Source: Candidatus Latescibacterota bacterium
GTDB lineage: Bacteria > Latescibacterota > UBA2968 > GCA-2709665
NCBI GenBank assembly: GCA_965208835.1
Contig: OZ242358.1
Span: 2,496,001 to 2,560,000, forward strand
DNA: 64,000 nt
Reading direction: 5' to 3'
Shown here: positions 11,437 through 21,120 of the stretch, piece after piece
How positions within the stretch are numbered: position 1 is the first letter of the stretch
Layout: each line of letters opens with the position of its first letter
Position numbers and translations under genes: made by a program
The notes under the pieces: model-generated
The model's database searches: none
Seen by the model: only the letters and a program-made list of their open reading frames with translations
Told to the model about the DNA's origin: nothing

Positions 11437-11958
11437 ATGGAACTCTCAACGATCGTTTTTTACCTGTTTGCGGCCGTGACCGTGGGGTCGGCGGCCGCCG
11501 TCGTGTTCGTAAGCCGGCTGATTTACGCGGTATTTGCCCTGCTGTTTACGTTTTTCGGCGTTGCCGGTCTGTACGTATTTCTCGATGCCGATTTTCTGGC
11601 CGGCGCGCAGGTATTGATCTACGTCGGCGGAATCCTGATTCTGTTGCTCTTCGGCGTGATGCTGACCAACCGCATCTACGATTTGAATCTGCTGGCCGAA
11701 CGGGTGCAGTTCCTGCCCAGCGTGGTTGTCGTCGGCGCCGGGTTCGCGCTGCTGGTCATGGTGATTCTGAAAACGTCGTGGCCGCTGTCCGGAGGGCCGG
11801 CGCCCGCTTCCAGTACGGCGGAGATCGGCAAGGCGCTGATGACTACCTACGTCCTGCCGTTCGAGGTGGCCGGCATGCTGTTGCTGGCTGCGCTGCTCGG
11901 CGCTTCGATGCTGGCCGGAGGAGGGAAGGGGCAGGAGGAGGACGAGGGGGAGTTATGA
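11437..11958 (+). CDS. nuoJ: NADH-quinone oxidoreductase subunit J
   Basis: 'AQVLIYVGGILILLLF', 'YVLPFE'. Confidence 0.93.
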   Translation: MELSTIVFYLFAAVTVGSAAAVVFVSRLIYAVFALLFTFFGVAGLYVFLDADFLAGAQVLIYVGGILILLLFGVMLTNRIYDLNLLAERVQFLPSVVVVGAGFALLVMVILKTSWPLSGGPAPASSTAEIGKALMTTYVLPFEVAGMLLLAALLGASMLAGGGKGQEEDEGEL

Positions 11959-12260
11959 TTGCCCTGGAGCACTACCTGGTCGTCGGGGCCATTCTCTTCT
12001 GTCTGGGAATTCTGGCCGTTGCCACCCGTCGCAATGCAATCAGCATTCTGATGGGGGTGGAGCTCATATTGAATGCCGCCAACCTGAATCTTGTCGCGTT
12101 CGCGCGGTTTACCGATTCAGGTCTGGAGGGGCAGGTGTTTGCCGTTTTCGTGATTGTCCTCGCTGCGGCGGAGGCGGCGGTTGCGCTGGCGATCGTTCTG
12201 AATATTTACCGCAATTATCAGATGGTCAATATCGACAGACTGGACTCATTGAGCGGTTGA
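11955..12260 (+). CDS. nuoK: NADH-quinone oxidoreductase subunit K
   Basis: C-terminal part of the 11430..12260 ORF; ATG overlaps the nuoJ stop (ATGA); 'MGVELILNAANLNL', 'AAAEAAVALA'. Confidence 0.94.
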   Translation: MIALEHYLVVGAILFCLGILAVATRRNAISILMGVELILNAANLNLVAFARFTDSGLEGQVFAVFVIVLAAAEAAVALAIVLNIYRNYQMVNIDRLDSLSG

Positions 12261-12470
12261 GAAGTTGTTTTAAAATTACCGGTGAGTTCCCAAGCGCGAG
12301 CGAAAAAGTGGCGGTTATGAGGCGCGAGGGGCGCGCAGCGCCGACGGGAAGACCCGCCTATGAGAGGCGAGCAAACGCAGCCTCGATCTCGTATGACGGG
12401 CGGGTTTGACCAACGCCGAACGGGGCTTTTGCAGCCGCGCGAAGACCGCTGGGAGTTTTGAGACAGCTTC
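12261..12470 (+). repeat. MITE-like intergenic repeat family B, copy 1 (~210 bp)
   Basis: Imperfect terminal inverted repeats GAAGTTGTTTTAAAA...TTTTGAGACAGCTTC; internal blocks shared with 46321..46531. Confidence 0.75.
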
Positions 12471-12490
12471 TGAAGGTTCCGGGAGAATAG

Positions 12491-14569
12491 ATGCCCTTGG
12501 ATTTGCTTTTCATTCCTGTGCTGCCACTGGCGGCATTCGCCGTACAGGCTTTCTGGGGCCGGCGTCTGCCGCGTGGGGGCGACTGGGTACCCCTCGCTGC
12601 AATTTCCATTTCATTTCTGCTATCTCTCCGGTACTTCATCCTGGCGCTTTCGGCCTACGATCCGGGGTGGCGCCTCGAGCTCGATTCGTGGGTCTGGCTG
12701 GACCTGAGCTCCGCGAAGATCAGCGCAGGCCTGCTGGTCGACAATATCACCGCCGTCATGTTGATGGTTGTCACGGTTGTAAGCGGCCTTGTGCACCTCT
12801 ATTCGATCGGTTACATGCACGGAGACCCCCGGTATTCCCGGTTTTTCGGGTTTCTCGCGATCTTTTCCTTTTCGATGCTGGGCCTGGTTCTGGTTGACAA
12901 TTTCCTGCTGCTCTATGTGTTCTGGGAACTCGTAGGGCTCTCTTCATATCTGCTGATCGGTTTCTGGTATGAGAAACCGTCGGCGGCCGCGGCGTGTAAA
13001 AAAGCGTTCCTGGTAAACCGGGTCGGCGACCTGGGCTTTTTCGTAGGGGTAATGATCGTCTTCTGGAAGGTTGGCGCATTCGACTTTGCGAGCGTCTACG
13101 ACGGTGTTGCCAGCGGCCGTCTGAGTGGTGGATTGCTCACGATTGCGGGCCTGTGCCTGTTTTGCGGCGCGGTCGGGAAGTCGGCGCAGTTTCCGCTGCA
13201 CGTCTGGTTGCCGGATGCCATGGAGGGTCCTACGCCCGTCAGTGCGCTGATTCACGCCGCGACGATGGTCGCGGCCGGCGTATATATGGTCACGCGGATG
13301 TACCCGATCCTGACGCCCGACGCGCTCGTGGCGATCGCTTACATCGGCGCGATAACGGCGATTCTGGGCGCAACCATCGCCGTTGCCCAGTACGACATTA
13401 AGCGCGTCCTGGCGTACTCGACCATCAGCCAGCTCGGATATATGATCATGGGTCTGGGGGTAGGCGCGTACGTGGCGGGGTTTTTTCACCTGATGACGCA
13501 CGCGGCTTTCAAGGCATGCCTTTTCCTCGGATCGGGAAGCGTCATCCATGCCGTGGAACATGCGTTCCACAAGACGCACAATGAGAACGACCCGCAGGAT
13601 ATGCGAAATATGGGCGGGCTACGGGAGAAGATGCCGCGGACGTTCTGGACCTTTCTGATTGCGACCGTGGCCCTGGCGGGGGTGCCGCTCACGTCCGGAT
13701 TTCTCAGCAAGGACGCCATACTGGCCGGAGCGCTGGGTTTCGGCGGTTTCTCCCGGCCGATACACTTCCTGCTTCCGCTGCTGGGATTTGCGGCCGCGGG
13801 TTTAACGGCTTTTTACATGTTCCGACTGATCTTTCTCACGTTCTACGGAAAACCCAGAGAGAAAACCCTTGTCGAATACGCGCACGAGTCTCCCGGCGTG
13901 ATGACGATTCCGCTGATTGTGCTGGCGGTTCTGAGTTTCTGGATCTTCTATGCCTGGAACCCCTTGGGCGGAGAGGGCTGGTTTCAACATCTGGTGAAGC
14001 GGCCGGAAGCGGGGCTGCTCGCGGGCAGGGGCGAGGCGTTGCCGGTCGGGCCCGATGCGGAGGTCTATGCAGCGGGTTCAGACAGTGACGCCGCGCACGC
14101 GGCGCACTACCCGGCGATGGTTCTTTCGTTGCTGGTTGCCGGAGCCGGCATCTATACGGCTTACCGGAAGTATTACAACCGGCGGGAGGAAATGATCGCC
14201 CTGGAGGCGAACTTGCTGCAGTCGGGCGGGATCTTCCGGATATTGAACCGAAAATGGTATTTCGATGAGCTGTACGAAGCCAGCTTTGTCCGCGCTGTAA
14301 TGGTCGGGCGAACGGTATTGAACTGGTTCGACGCTCACATTGTAGACGGGCTCGTGAATCTGTCAGCCACATTGACCCGGGGTATTTCCTTTGTCGATCG
14401 ACTGTTCGACGAATGGGTGGTCGACGGACTCGTGAACGCCGTTGCAGGGATCATCAGGTGGGCGGGCAGCGGATTGAGACGCATTCAGACGGGACGCCTG
14501 CAGACCTATGTCGTTCTGGTTATGGGAGGCATTCTGGCCCTGATGGTGATCCGGTTGATGGTTGCATGA
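12491..14569 (+). CDS. nuoL: NADH-quinone oxidoreductase subunit L
   Basis: 'GKSAQFPLHVWLPDAMEGPTPVSALIHAATMV', 'AYSTISQLGY'. Confidence 0.97.
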   Translation: MPLDLLFIPVLPLAAFAVQAFWGRRLPRGGDWVPLAAISISFLLSLRYFILALSAYDPGWRLELDSWVWLDLSSAKISAGLLVDNITAVMLMVVTVVSGLVHLYSIGYMHGDPRYSRFFGFLAIFSFSMLGLVLVDNFLLLYVFWELVGLSSYLLIGFWYEKPSAAAACKKAFLVNRVGDLGFFVGVMIVFWKVGAFDFASVYDGVASGRLSGGLLTIAGLCLFCGAVGKSAQFPLHVWLPDAMEGPTPVSALIHAATMVAAGVYMVTRMYPILTPDALVAIAYIGAITAILGATIAVAQYDIKRVLAYSTISQLGYMIMGLGVGAYVAGFFHLMTHAAFKACLFLGSGSVIHAVEHAFHKTHNENDPQDMRNMGGLREKMPRTFWTFLIATVALAGVPLTSGFLSKDAILAGALGFGGFSRPIHFLLPLLGFAAAGLTAFYMFRLIFLTFYGKPREKTLVEYAHESPGVMTIPLIVLAVLSFWIFYAWNPLGGEGWFQHLVKRPEAGLLAGRGEALPVGPDAEVYAAGSDSDAAHAAHYPAMVLSLLVAGAGIYTAYRKYYNRREEMIALEANLLQSGGIFRILNRKWYFDELYEASFVRAVMVGRTVLNWFDAHIVDGLVNLSATLTRGISFVDRLFDEWVVDGLVNAVAGIIRWAGSGLRRIQTGRLQTYVVLVMGGILALMVIRLMVA

Positions 14570-14745
14570 ACTGTTTTTATGTGAATTGCAGGTCGTAACC
14601 GGACGCGGGGACTCCGGAATAGCACGCTGACGATCATTGCGCCGAATGCAGAGCAACGGGACGATTCGGAAAACTGGCGCCATGGGCGGTTCCGCCGCCC
14701 GACCGGGTGGCGCCACGCGATTCTGATGAGGGAGGTAGCCGACAA

Positions 14746-16323
14746 ATGGATCAGTGGATTCTGACACTGTTAACGTTTATTCCAGTGCTGGGAGCGGTGG
14801 TCATTCTGCTGATGCCGGGCAGGGCGGTCAATGCGATCCGCCGGGTTGCGCTGGCTGCGACCGGACTCTGCCTTCTGCTGGCCATCTGGTTGTTTCAGGA
14901 TTTCGACCGGTCTGTACCCGACATGCAGTATGAAGTTCAGCTTCCCTGGATCGAATCGTTCAATATCCAGTATTATATGGGCATAGACGGCCTGAGTGTG
15001 TCGATGGTGCTGCTGACGGCGCTGCTGGGTTTCCTCTGCGTTCCCGCCTCCTGGTCCATCAGCCGTGGTGTAAAGGGATATTTCGCGCTCTTTCTGCTGC
15101 TTGAGACCGGCATGCAGGGTGTGTTCGTGTCGCTGGATTTCTTCCTGTTCTACGTTTTCTGGGAAGTGATGCTGTTGCCGATGTACTTCCTGATCGGGAT
15201 CTGGGGAGGCCCGCGCAAGGAATATGCCGCCATCAAGTTCTTTCTGTACACACTGGCGGGGAGCGTGTTGTTGTTGCTGGTCATGCTCGCATTTTACTTC
15301 AATGTCACCGATCCGGATACGGGAAATCATACGTTCAATATGCTGGTCATGATGGACCAGGCCAACCACTCCGAGTGGCTTCGTGCCGGCCTGATTTTCG
15401 GGTATTCTGCTCCGGTAGTCATCTGGATCGCCATGTTTATCGGTTTTGCCATCAAGGTGCCCCTGTTTCCGTTCCATACCTGGCTTCCCGACGCCCATGT
15501 CGAAGCGCCTACGGCCATCAGCGTCATTCTGGCCGGGGTGCTCCTGAAAATGGGTACCTATGGCATTTTGCGGTTCAATTACCCGATGTTGCCCGATGTC
15601 ACGCGTGACTTCAGCTACTTCCTGGCCGTTATCGGGGTCATCAACATCATCTATGGTGCGCTTGTTGCAATGGCGCAGACGGATCTGAAAAAACTCGTGG
15701 CGTATTCCAGCATCAGCCATATGGGTTTCGTGATGCTCGGCATGTCGTCGTTTACGCCACACGGAATAAACGGGGCCGTATTCCAGATGTTCAACCACGG
15801 CACCATTACGGCAATGTTGTTTCTGCTCGTTGGCGTGATTTACGACCGGGCGCATCACCGCTACATCGTTTACCCCAACGACTACGAAGATCCGGATTTA
15901 CGCGGCAAACTGGGGTTCGGGGGGTTGTGGTCGCACATGCCGGTGTACGGCAGTCTGACGATGGTCGCCTACTTCGCAGCGCTGGGTCTGCCCGGCCTTT
16001 CAGGGTTTATCAGCGAAGCTCTCTGCTTCCTGGGCGCATTCCAGGTCCATCGAACCATGACAATCCTGGGTACGCTGGGTGTACTGCTGGGAGCCGCCTA
16101 TATGCTATGGGCCTTTCAGCGTCTGTTCATGGGGCCGTTCAACGAACGATGGAAAGACCTGCCCGAGATTAACGGCCGCGAGATTTTCTGCCTTGCGCCG
16201 CTGGCGGTCATTGTCATCGTCCTGGGTATCTATCCGTCACCGGTGCTGGATCTGCTGGCGCAGTCGCTCGGAGAGCTTGTCAAAGATCTGAACGGGCCGG
16301 TGATGTCCGCGTTGCAGCCGTAG
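14746..16323 (+). CDS. nuoM: NADH-quinone oxidoreductase subunit M
   Basis: 'KVPLFPFHTWLPDAHVEAPT', 'LLKMGTYG'; start ATG 14746 behind GGAGG. Confidence 0.96.
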   Translation: MDQWILTLLTFIPVLGAVVILLMPGRAVNAIRRVALAATGLCLLLAIWLFQDFDRSVPDMQYEVQLPWIESFNIQYYMGIDGLSVSMVLLTALLGFLCVPASWSISRGVKGYFALFLLLETGMQGVFVSLDFFLFYVFWEVMLLPMYFLIGIWGGPRKEYAAIKFFLYTLAGSVLLLLVMLAFYFNVTDPDTGNHTFNMLVMMDQANHSEWLRAGLIFGYSAPVVIWIAMFIGFAIKVPLFPFHTWLPDAHVEAPTAISVILAGVLLKMGTYGILRFNYPMLPDVTRDFSYFLAVIGVINIIYGALVAMAQTDLKKLVAYSSISHMGFVMLGMSSFTPHGINGAVFQMFNHGTITAMLFLLVGVIYDRAHHRYIVYPNDYEDPDLRGKLGFGGLWSHMPVYGSLTMVAYFAALGLPGLSGFISEALCFLGAFQVHRTMTILGTLGVLLGAAYMLWAFQRLFMGPFNERWKDLPEINGREIFCLAPLAVIVIVLGIYPSPVLDLLAQSLGELVKDLNGPVMSALQP

Positions 16324-16454
16324 TGCCCTGTCCCGTAAATTACTAACCTTTCAGCAACCTGTTTCCGGACTGAATACGAGCAGCCTGAGAGTAAGTTCGA
16401 TAGCCCGGGTCTTCGCCGGATTCGGGGCTGGATGCCGATGGAAGGAACGTTCTC

Positions 16455-17984
16455 TTGGTCGAGGCCATTGAAAACGCGATCGCAGTGAATCTGGACGGCC
16501 TGCAATATATCTGGCCCGAGATTATCATCACGGTCGCAATTATAGGCATCGTGACCGTCGATCTGATTCTGACCGGAAAGAAGAAGGCGTTGTTGACGGG
16601 CCTGACGCTTCTTGTTCTTGTGGTCTGTCTGTTTTCGATCGCGGACCTTTACGACCAGCCGCCCAGGTCGCTGTTCATGGGCATGATCGCCCTGGATGGT
16701 TTTGCCCTGTTCTTCAAGCTTTTAATCGTAGTCACGACCATCGTGGTCACCCTGTTCGGCCTGCAATCCCGGGACATCGACACCGACCGCATCGGTGAAT
16801 TCTACGCGCTCTTTCTCTCTGTCGGGCTGGGCGGCTTTCTGATGGCCGGCGCGACCAATCTGCTGATGATGTACATTGCGCTCGAACTCGTCAGCCTGCC
16901 TTCCTACGTGCTGGCGGGTTATCAGAAGCGGGTGCAGCGATCCAACGAAGCGGCGCTGAAATATGTCGTTTACGGCGGCGTCTCTTCAGGCATCATGCTC
17001 TATGGGTTCTCCTTGATCTACGGCCTGACGGGCACGCTTGATATCTATGCGATCGCGGCGCGTCTGGGAACCACGGCGCCATACGAACTGACGTTGTTTC
17101 TCGGCGCGACACTCGCGATGGCCGGATTCGGATACAAGGTGGCTTCGGTTCCGTTTCATTTCTGGTGTCCTGACGTCTACGAAGGAGCGCCGACGCCGGT
17201 TACAGCGTTTTTCTCGGTCGCACCAAAGGCGGTCGGATTCGCCATGCTGGCGCGGTTCTTCTACGTGGGTCTGTCCGCATTCGACGGCGCTTCGGGCACG
17301 GGCGTCACGTTAGGCGTGGCATGGCCGCAGTTGCTCGCTCTCATTTCGGCCTTTACAATGACATTGGGCAATCTGACGGCCATCTGGCAGCGCAACCTGA
17401 AGAGGCTGCTTGCGTACTCCAGTATTGCGCATGCCGGCTACATGATGATGGGCGTGGTCATGTTGTCGTCAGCGGGCCTGAAGGCTGTGATGTTCTACGC
17501 AGGCGCCTATCTGTTTATGAATCTGGGTGCGTTTCTGGTTGTATTGCTGTTGGCGGAAAGAATCGGAAGCGAGGATATTGAGGATTACCGCGGCCTGGGA
17601 TGGCGGTCGCCCTGGATTGCGTTGACGATGTCTGCGTTTCTGTTCTCTCTTACGGGACTGCCGCCCACCGCGGGATTTGTTGGCAAGGTGTATCTGTTTG
17701 CCGCCGTTGTAGATGGTGGGCTCTACTGGTTGGCGGTCGTTGGCGCGCTGAACAGTGCCGTTTCCTTGTATTATTACGCGAGAATTGTTCGCGCCATGTA
17801 CCTGGAGAAGCCACGTACGGATGCACCCGTCGTTATTTCCCGGTTCGCCACGGCTACTCTCGCCGTGTTGTTTGTGGGTACGTTGCTGTTCGGCGTCTAC
17901 TGGGCGCCGCTGGCCGATCTGGCTGAAACGTCTACCGCGATATTCCTGAACGGAGGTGATGCCGTTCAGGCCACGATGCGGTAG
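16455..17984 (+). CDS. nuoN: NADH-quinone oxidoreductase subunit N
   Basis: 'EAALKY', 'VPFHFWCPDVYEGAPTPV', 'LAYSSIAHAGY'. Confidence 0.96.
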   Translation: MVEAIENAIAVNLDGLQYIWPEIIITVAIIGIVTVDLILTGKKKALLTGLTLLVLVVCLFSIADLYDQPPRSLFMGMIALDGFALFFKLLIVVTTIVVTLFGLQSRDIDTDRIGEFYALFLSVGLGGFLMAGATNLLMMYIALELVSLPSYVLAGYQKRVQRSNEAALKYVVYGGVSSGIMLYGFSLIYGLTGTLDIYAIAARLGTTAPYELTLFLGATLAMAGFGYKVASVPFHFWCPDVYEGAPTPVTAFFSVAPKAVGFAMLARFFYVGLSAFDGASGTGVTLGVAWPQLLALISAFTMTLGNLTAIWQRNLKRLLAYSSIAHAGYMMMGVVMLSSAGLKAVMFYAGAYLFMNLGAFLVVLLLAERIGSEDIEDYRGLGWRSPWIALTMSAFLFSLTGLPPTAGFVGKVYLFAAVVDGGLYWLAVVGALNSAVSLYYYARIVRAMYLEKPRTDAPVVISRFATATLAVLFVGTLLFGVYWAPLADLAETSTAIFLNGGDAVQATMR

Positions 17985-18027
17985 AACCGAGTGCCGTCCT
18001 CACGGTCGGCCCCGACGTGGATCTTAT

Positions 18028-18189
18028 CAGCCCGCAGAAAAAGCCCATCCGGACTACGGCCGGCTCTCGCGGCCGAATGACTGCGTTGCGCTCCCTTGCC
18101 GAATCCCCCGAGAGTCGACTCGGTCGCGCGCCTTGTCTTCGGGCACGATGGCTCGGCCTCGTCTGCGGAGCGACTTTATCAACGGACTG
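18028..18189 (+). repeat. MITE-like intergenic repeat family A, full copy (~162 bp)
   Basis: Ends CAGCCCGCAGAAA...TATCAACGGACTG; aligns along its length with the reverse complement of 39168..39328. Confidence 0.8.
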
Positions 18190-18227
18190 AAATCACGTGA
18201 GTTCCGTATCTACAGCACGGACACATA

Positions 18228-18258
18228 ACAGCCCCGCGGTCGTGGACCGCGGGGCTGT
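18228..18258. terminator. Hairpin between convergent nuoN and the PqqD-family gene
   Basis: Perfect 14-bp inverted repeat ACAGCCCCGCGGTC-GTG-GACCGCGGGGCTGT; no strong U-tract. Confidence 0.6.
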
Positions 18259-18282
18259 ATCTTCAGGACCCGGAACTGAACG

Positions 18283-18708
18283 CTATCCCCAGGCCTTTCC
18301 GCTGGCGCTTCTCTTCTTTTTTCTCAGATCGCTCTTCTCCACCAGAAACCCGAGCAGATTCTTGCGTCCCAGGGTTCTGAGGTAGCTTAATAGAGAGATT
18401 TCAGCTTCCTTTGCGTTGAGCTTGTGGGTTTCGCACAACCGCTTTATCATTGCGGCCACGGACGTGCGGCCGTCACACATATTCCAGACCTCGGAGCCGA
18501 TCTCATCCAGGACCAGCGTTCGTTTTTCAGGAACCCAGAATATCTTGGAGAGGACCTTAACTTTGGTCGTATCCGCGCGCCTTAACGTAATGGTCACTTC
18601 TTCGTCTTTGTTCGTTTTCCATTCCAGCTGGCTGTTCCGTGCAGGCTTGGAATTGAACATCGCTTCCCGGCTGATCTTGGGCTGTTTTTTCAAGGAGAAC
18701 AAGGCCAT
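18283..18708 (-). CDS. PqqD-family (RRE-like) protein with N-terminal extension
   Basis: 'LDEIGSEVWNMCDGRTSVAAMIKRL...LLSYLRTLGRKNLL' matches the PqqD/RRE winged-helix pattern. Confidence 0.75.
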   Translation of the reverse strand: MALFSLKKQPKISREAMFNSKPARNSQLEWKTNKDEEVTITLRRADTTKVKVLSKIFWVPEKRTLVLDEIGSEVWNMCDGRTSVAAMIKRLCETHKLNAKEAEISLLSYLRTLGRKNLLGFLVEKSDLRKKKRSASGKAWG

Positions 18709-18747
18709 AGGGTTTCCGGTGGTTATGAGATTCCGGCGGACCGCCCG

Positions 18748-19716
18748 TCAGGTTGTTGCGTGTTCCGGAACGGCATCCCGGTGGCAGATCACGGAGCGAC
18801 GGACAAATTCAATGTCCGGCGCATCCTTCTGCTTTTTGTAGTAGGCGTGAACCGCGTATATCTTGTTTGCGTGATTGCATGTCCAGACACGGGCTTCCAT
18901 ATTCAGACGCGGTCTGACATTCCAGAACGGCAGAGGCATCAGCAGGCCCCGCCAGCGGCTCTTGGGTTTTCCGGAAAGGAGCAGACCAGGGTGGTTTCCG
19001 ATCTGGGTCTCGCGAAAGTCCAGATTGACCTGCCTCAGGCTCTTGCGAAAGAACTCCTGATACCAGTCCAGAAGCGTGCGTTTTTTCAGGAGCACCTGGG
19101 CGAGGCTGAGCCGGTCGACCTGAAGAATGTCATGGCCGCGCTGAAAACAGAGTCGAAGGTGTCCGGATTTGAGTTCGTAAGATTCAAGCGAAAATAGGGG
19201 AGGGGATGAACACACGAGGTCGTATAACGCCCAGGTCCGGTGACCGTCGGGTGAAGTATCCCGAATTGAATTCAGTATTCGCCGGATATTGTCAACGGCA
19301 TCCTCGTCCTGTTTCGTCCTGACTCTGGCGAACACGAGCCGGTCTGAAGGCGGACTGTAGAAAGCCAGCGCGTGGACCCGGTACTCGGCGTGCCAGGCGA
19401 ATGAGACCGGCGAGCATGCATCGGGCAGATCGAGCCACCCAGCGTCGGGGTTGCGGTTGATGTCGACGCTCTTCTTTCCCTTGCGGGCACTCTCGGCGAG
19501 TCCATCGAGAAAGCGATCCACGATTGGCGCGACTCGCTCGTCGCCCCGGGCATCCTTCCACTCGATTTCCAGTCTTGCCAGCGTGGGGTCATCCAGTCGA
19601 ACGCTGCCTGCCTTGAAATCGCCCGATATCTTGCCGGGATTCCACTCCAAAGGCACTTCGAGCGTCAGCCCTTGCCATCCGAACAGGGACCAGTCTGAGT
19701 AACGTAAAGGCTTCAA
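18748..19716 (-). CDS. Hypothetical protein, co-oriented with the PqqD-family gene
   Basis: Long ORF; upstream part of the track ORF is repeat-derived, so start re-set to TTG 19716 behind AAGGGA. Confidence 0.7.
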   Translation of the reverse strand: MKPLRYSDWSLFGWQGLTLEVPLEWNPGKISGDFKAGSVRLDDPTLARLEIEWKDARGDERVAPIVDRFLDGLAESARKGKKSVDINRNPDAGWLDLPDACSPVSFAWHAEYRVHALAFYSPPSDRLVFARVRTKQDEDAVDNIRRILNSIRDTSPDGHRTWALYDLVCSSPPLFSLESYELKSGHLRLCFQRGHDILQVDRLSLAQVLLKKRTLLDWYQEFFRKSLRQVNLDFRETQIGNHPGLLLSGKPKSRWRGLLMPLPFWNVRPRLNMEARVWTCNHANKIYAVHAYYKKQKDAPDIEFVRRSVICHRDAVPEHATT

Positions 19717-19737
19717 ATAACGCCATCCCTTGCTAAG

Positions 19738-19809
19738 CAGCCCGTTGAAAATGCCCGTCCGGGACGGGACACCATACCTCGCCTGAAGAGCGACGTTATC
19801 AACAGACTG
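19738..19809 (+). repeat. MITE-like repeat family A, internally deleted copy (72 bp)
   Basis: CAGCCCGTTGAAAA...GAGCGACGTTATCAACAGACTG retains both ends of the family. Confidence 0.7.
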
Positions 19810-20021
19810 CTGGACGATCGATGGAGCCGGATGGATAAATATACGTAACCCGGCATACCTGTCAAGCACTTTATGGTTTATCTAAGTATAGGTTTTGCAG
19901 TGATTTGCAATTGAACTTGGTGGTGGAATGGATGGATTTCAGTTTTGTCGCAACCAGGTGTTCAATGGCAGATTGGCCTGGTATTCGCGGTGGCAAACGG
20001 TCCCACCGCACAAATCAGGTA

Positions 20022-20050
20022 TTGACGAATGAACTAATGTTCACTATATT
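20022..20050 (+). promoter_or_regulatory. lexA promoter with overlapping SOS box (GAAC-N4-GTTC)
   Basis: TTGACG-N17-TATATT with the palindrome TGAAC-TAAT-GTTCA (20030-20043) in the spacer. Confidence 0.8.
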
Positions 20051-20143
20051 CAAATGAGCAGTGCTTGTGTCAATGGGCCGAATCGGAACAAGCAGGACGA
20101 TCGTTTCAGGCTTCGAGATCTGGATTGTGGGGAGAGATACACG

Positions 20144-20773
20144 ATGCGTCAGAGGCTGACCGACAGGCAGAGGGCAATTTACGAATTTATCGCCCGAACG
20201 ATAAGAGATGGGGGTGCTCCACCAACGATTCGGGAGACCATGGACGCGTTCAACATTGCTTCCACCAACGGGGTGCGGACCACGCTGGCCGCGCTCGAGA
20301 AAAAGGGCTACATCCGGCGGCGTCCGATGGTATCGAGAGGTATCGAACTCACGGACTACATGGAACGCGACATTCCAGGCGTGTCCGAAACGAGGAATGT
20401 CCCGGTAATCGGACGTGTGGCTGCCGGAGAGCCCGTTCTGGCAACCGAAAACGTTGAGAGCACTGTGGCTGTCGATCGCTCTTTTCTGCCGTCAGAGGAC
20501 GTTTTCGTTCTGCGGGTCAATGGCGAGAGCATGCGCGATGCAGGCATTCTGGATGGCGACTATGTGCTGGCACGCCATCAGGAAACCGCGAGCCCGGGCG
20601 AGATTGTGGTGGCGGTGATCGGGGAGGAGGCAACTGTGAAACGATATTTCCCCGAGGCGGGCCGTGTACGGCTCACCCCGGAAAACGAAGCGTTCGAAGC
20701 CATCGTGGTGCATCCGGGCCGCGACGAGTTCCGCATTGCGGGCAAGATTGTGGGCTTGATGCGCCGGTTCTAA
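20144..20773 (+). CDS. lexA: SOS repressor LexA
   Basis: 'LTDRQRAIYEFI', 'PPTIRE', cleavage site 'VAAG', catalytic 'GESM' and 'ATVK'; start ATG 20144 behind GGAG. Confidence 0.96.
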   Translation: MRQRLTDRQRAIYEFIARTIRDGGAPPTIRETMDAFNIASTNGVRTTLAALEKKGYIRRRPMVSRGIELTDYMERDIPGVSETRNVPVIGRVAAGEPVLATENVESTVAVDRSFLPSEDVFVLRVNGESMRDAGILDGDYVLARHQETASPGEIVVAVIGEEATVKRYFPEAGRVRLTPENEAFEAIVVHPGRDEFRIAGKIVGLMRRF

Positions 20774-21120
20774 AAAAAACCAGCGTCCTGAATTTCCGCC
20801 TCTCTCGGCTTCGAGGGGGGTATTTTTGTGGTACATTGAAACGGGCGGTTTTCGTTCCGGCGTGTTGGCGTCTCTTCGCCTGGGAAAGGTCGAGGGGGCC
20901 AAGCAGCCGGAGTGACAGAACCCAGTCACGGCCTTTAGTCCCGATCCGAAAATACGGCGACCCTACGCAAACACCTTAAACGGGGCGTAGAGGTCGTCCA
21001 AAAAGACGTTTTTTCAGTTCATGTCCAACTACCTGGTGTATTCTGGTAACCCGCAGTTTAATCGCATCTATCGACTTGCACATATTCGGTTTTGCGTCCG
21101 CGAAAAATTTCGAAGCCAGG

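Noticed and set aside
14570-14745. GC-rich hairpins in the nuoL-nuoM spacer (TGGCGCCA twice); also TTTCAGCAACCTG near 16350
   Set aside because: Single copy in the window with no recognisable RNA motif; compatible with chance or decayed repeats.
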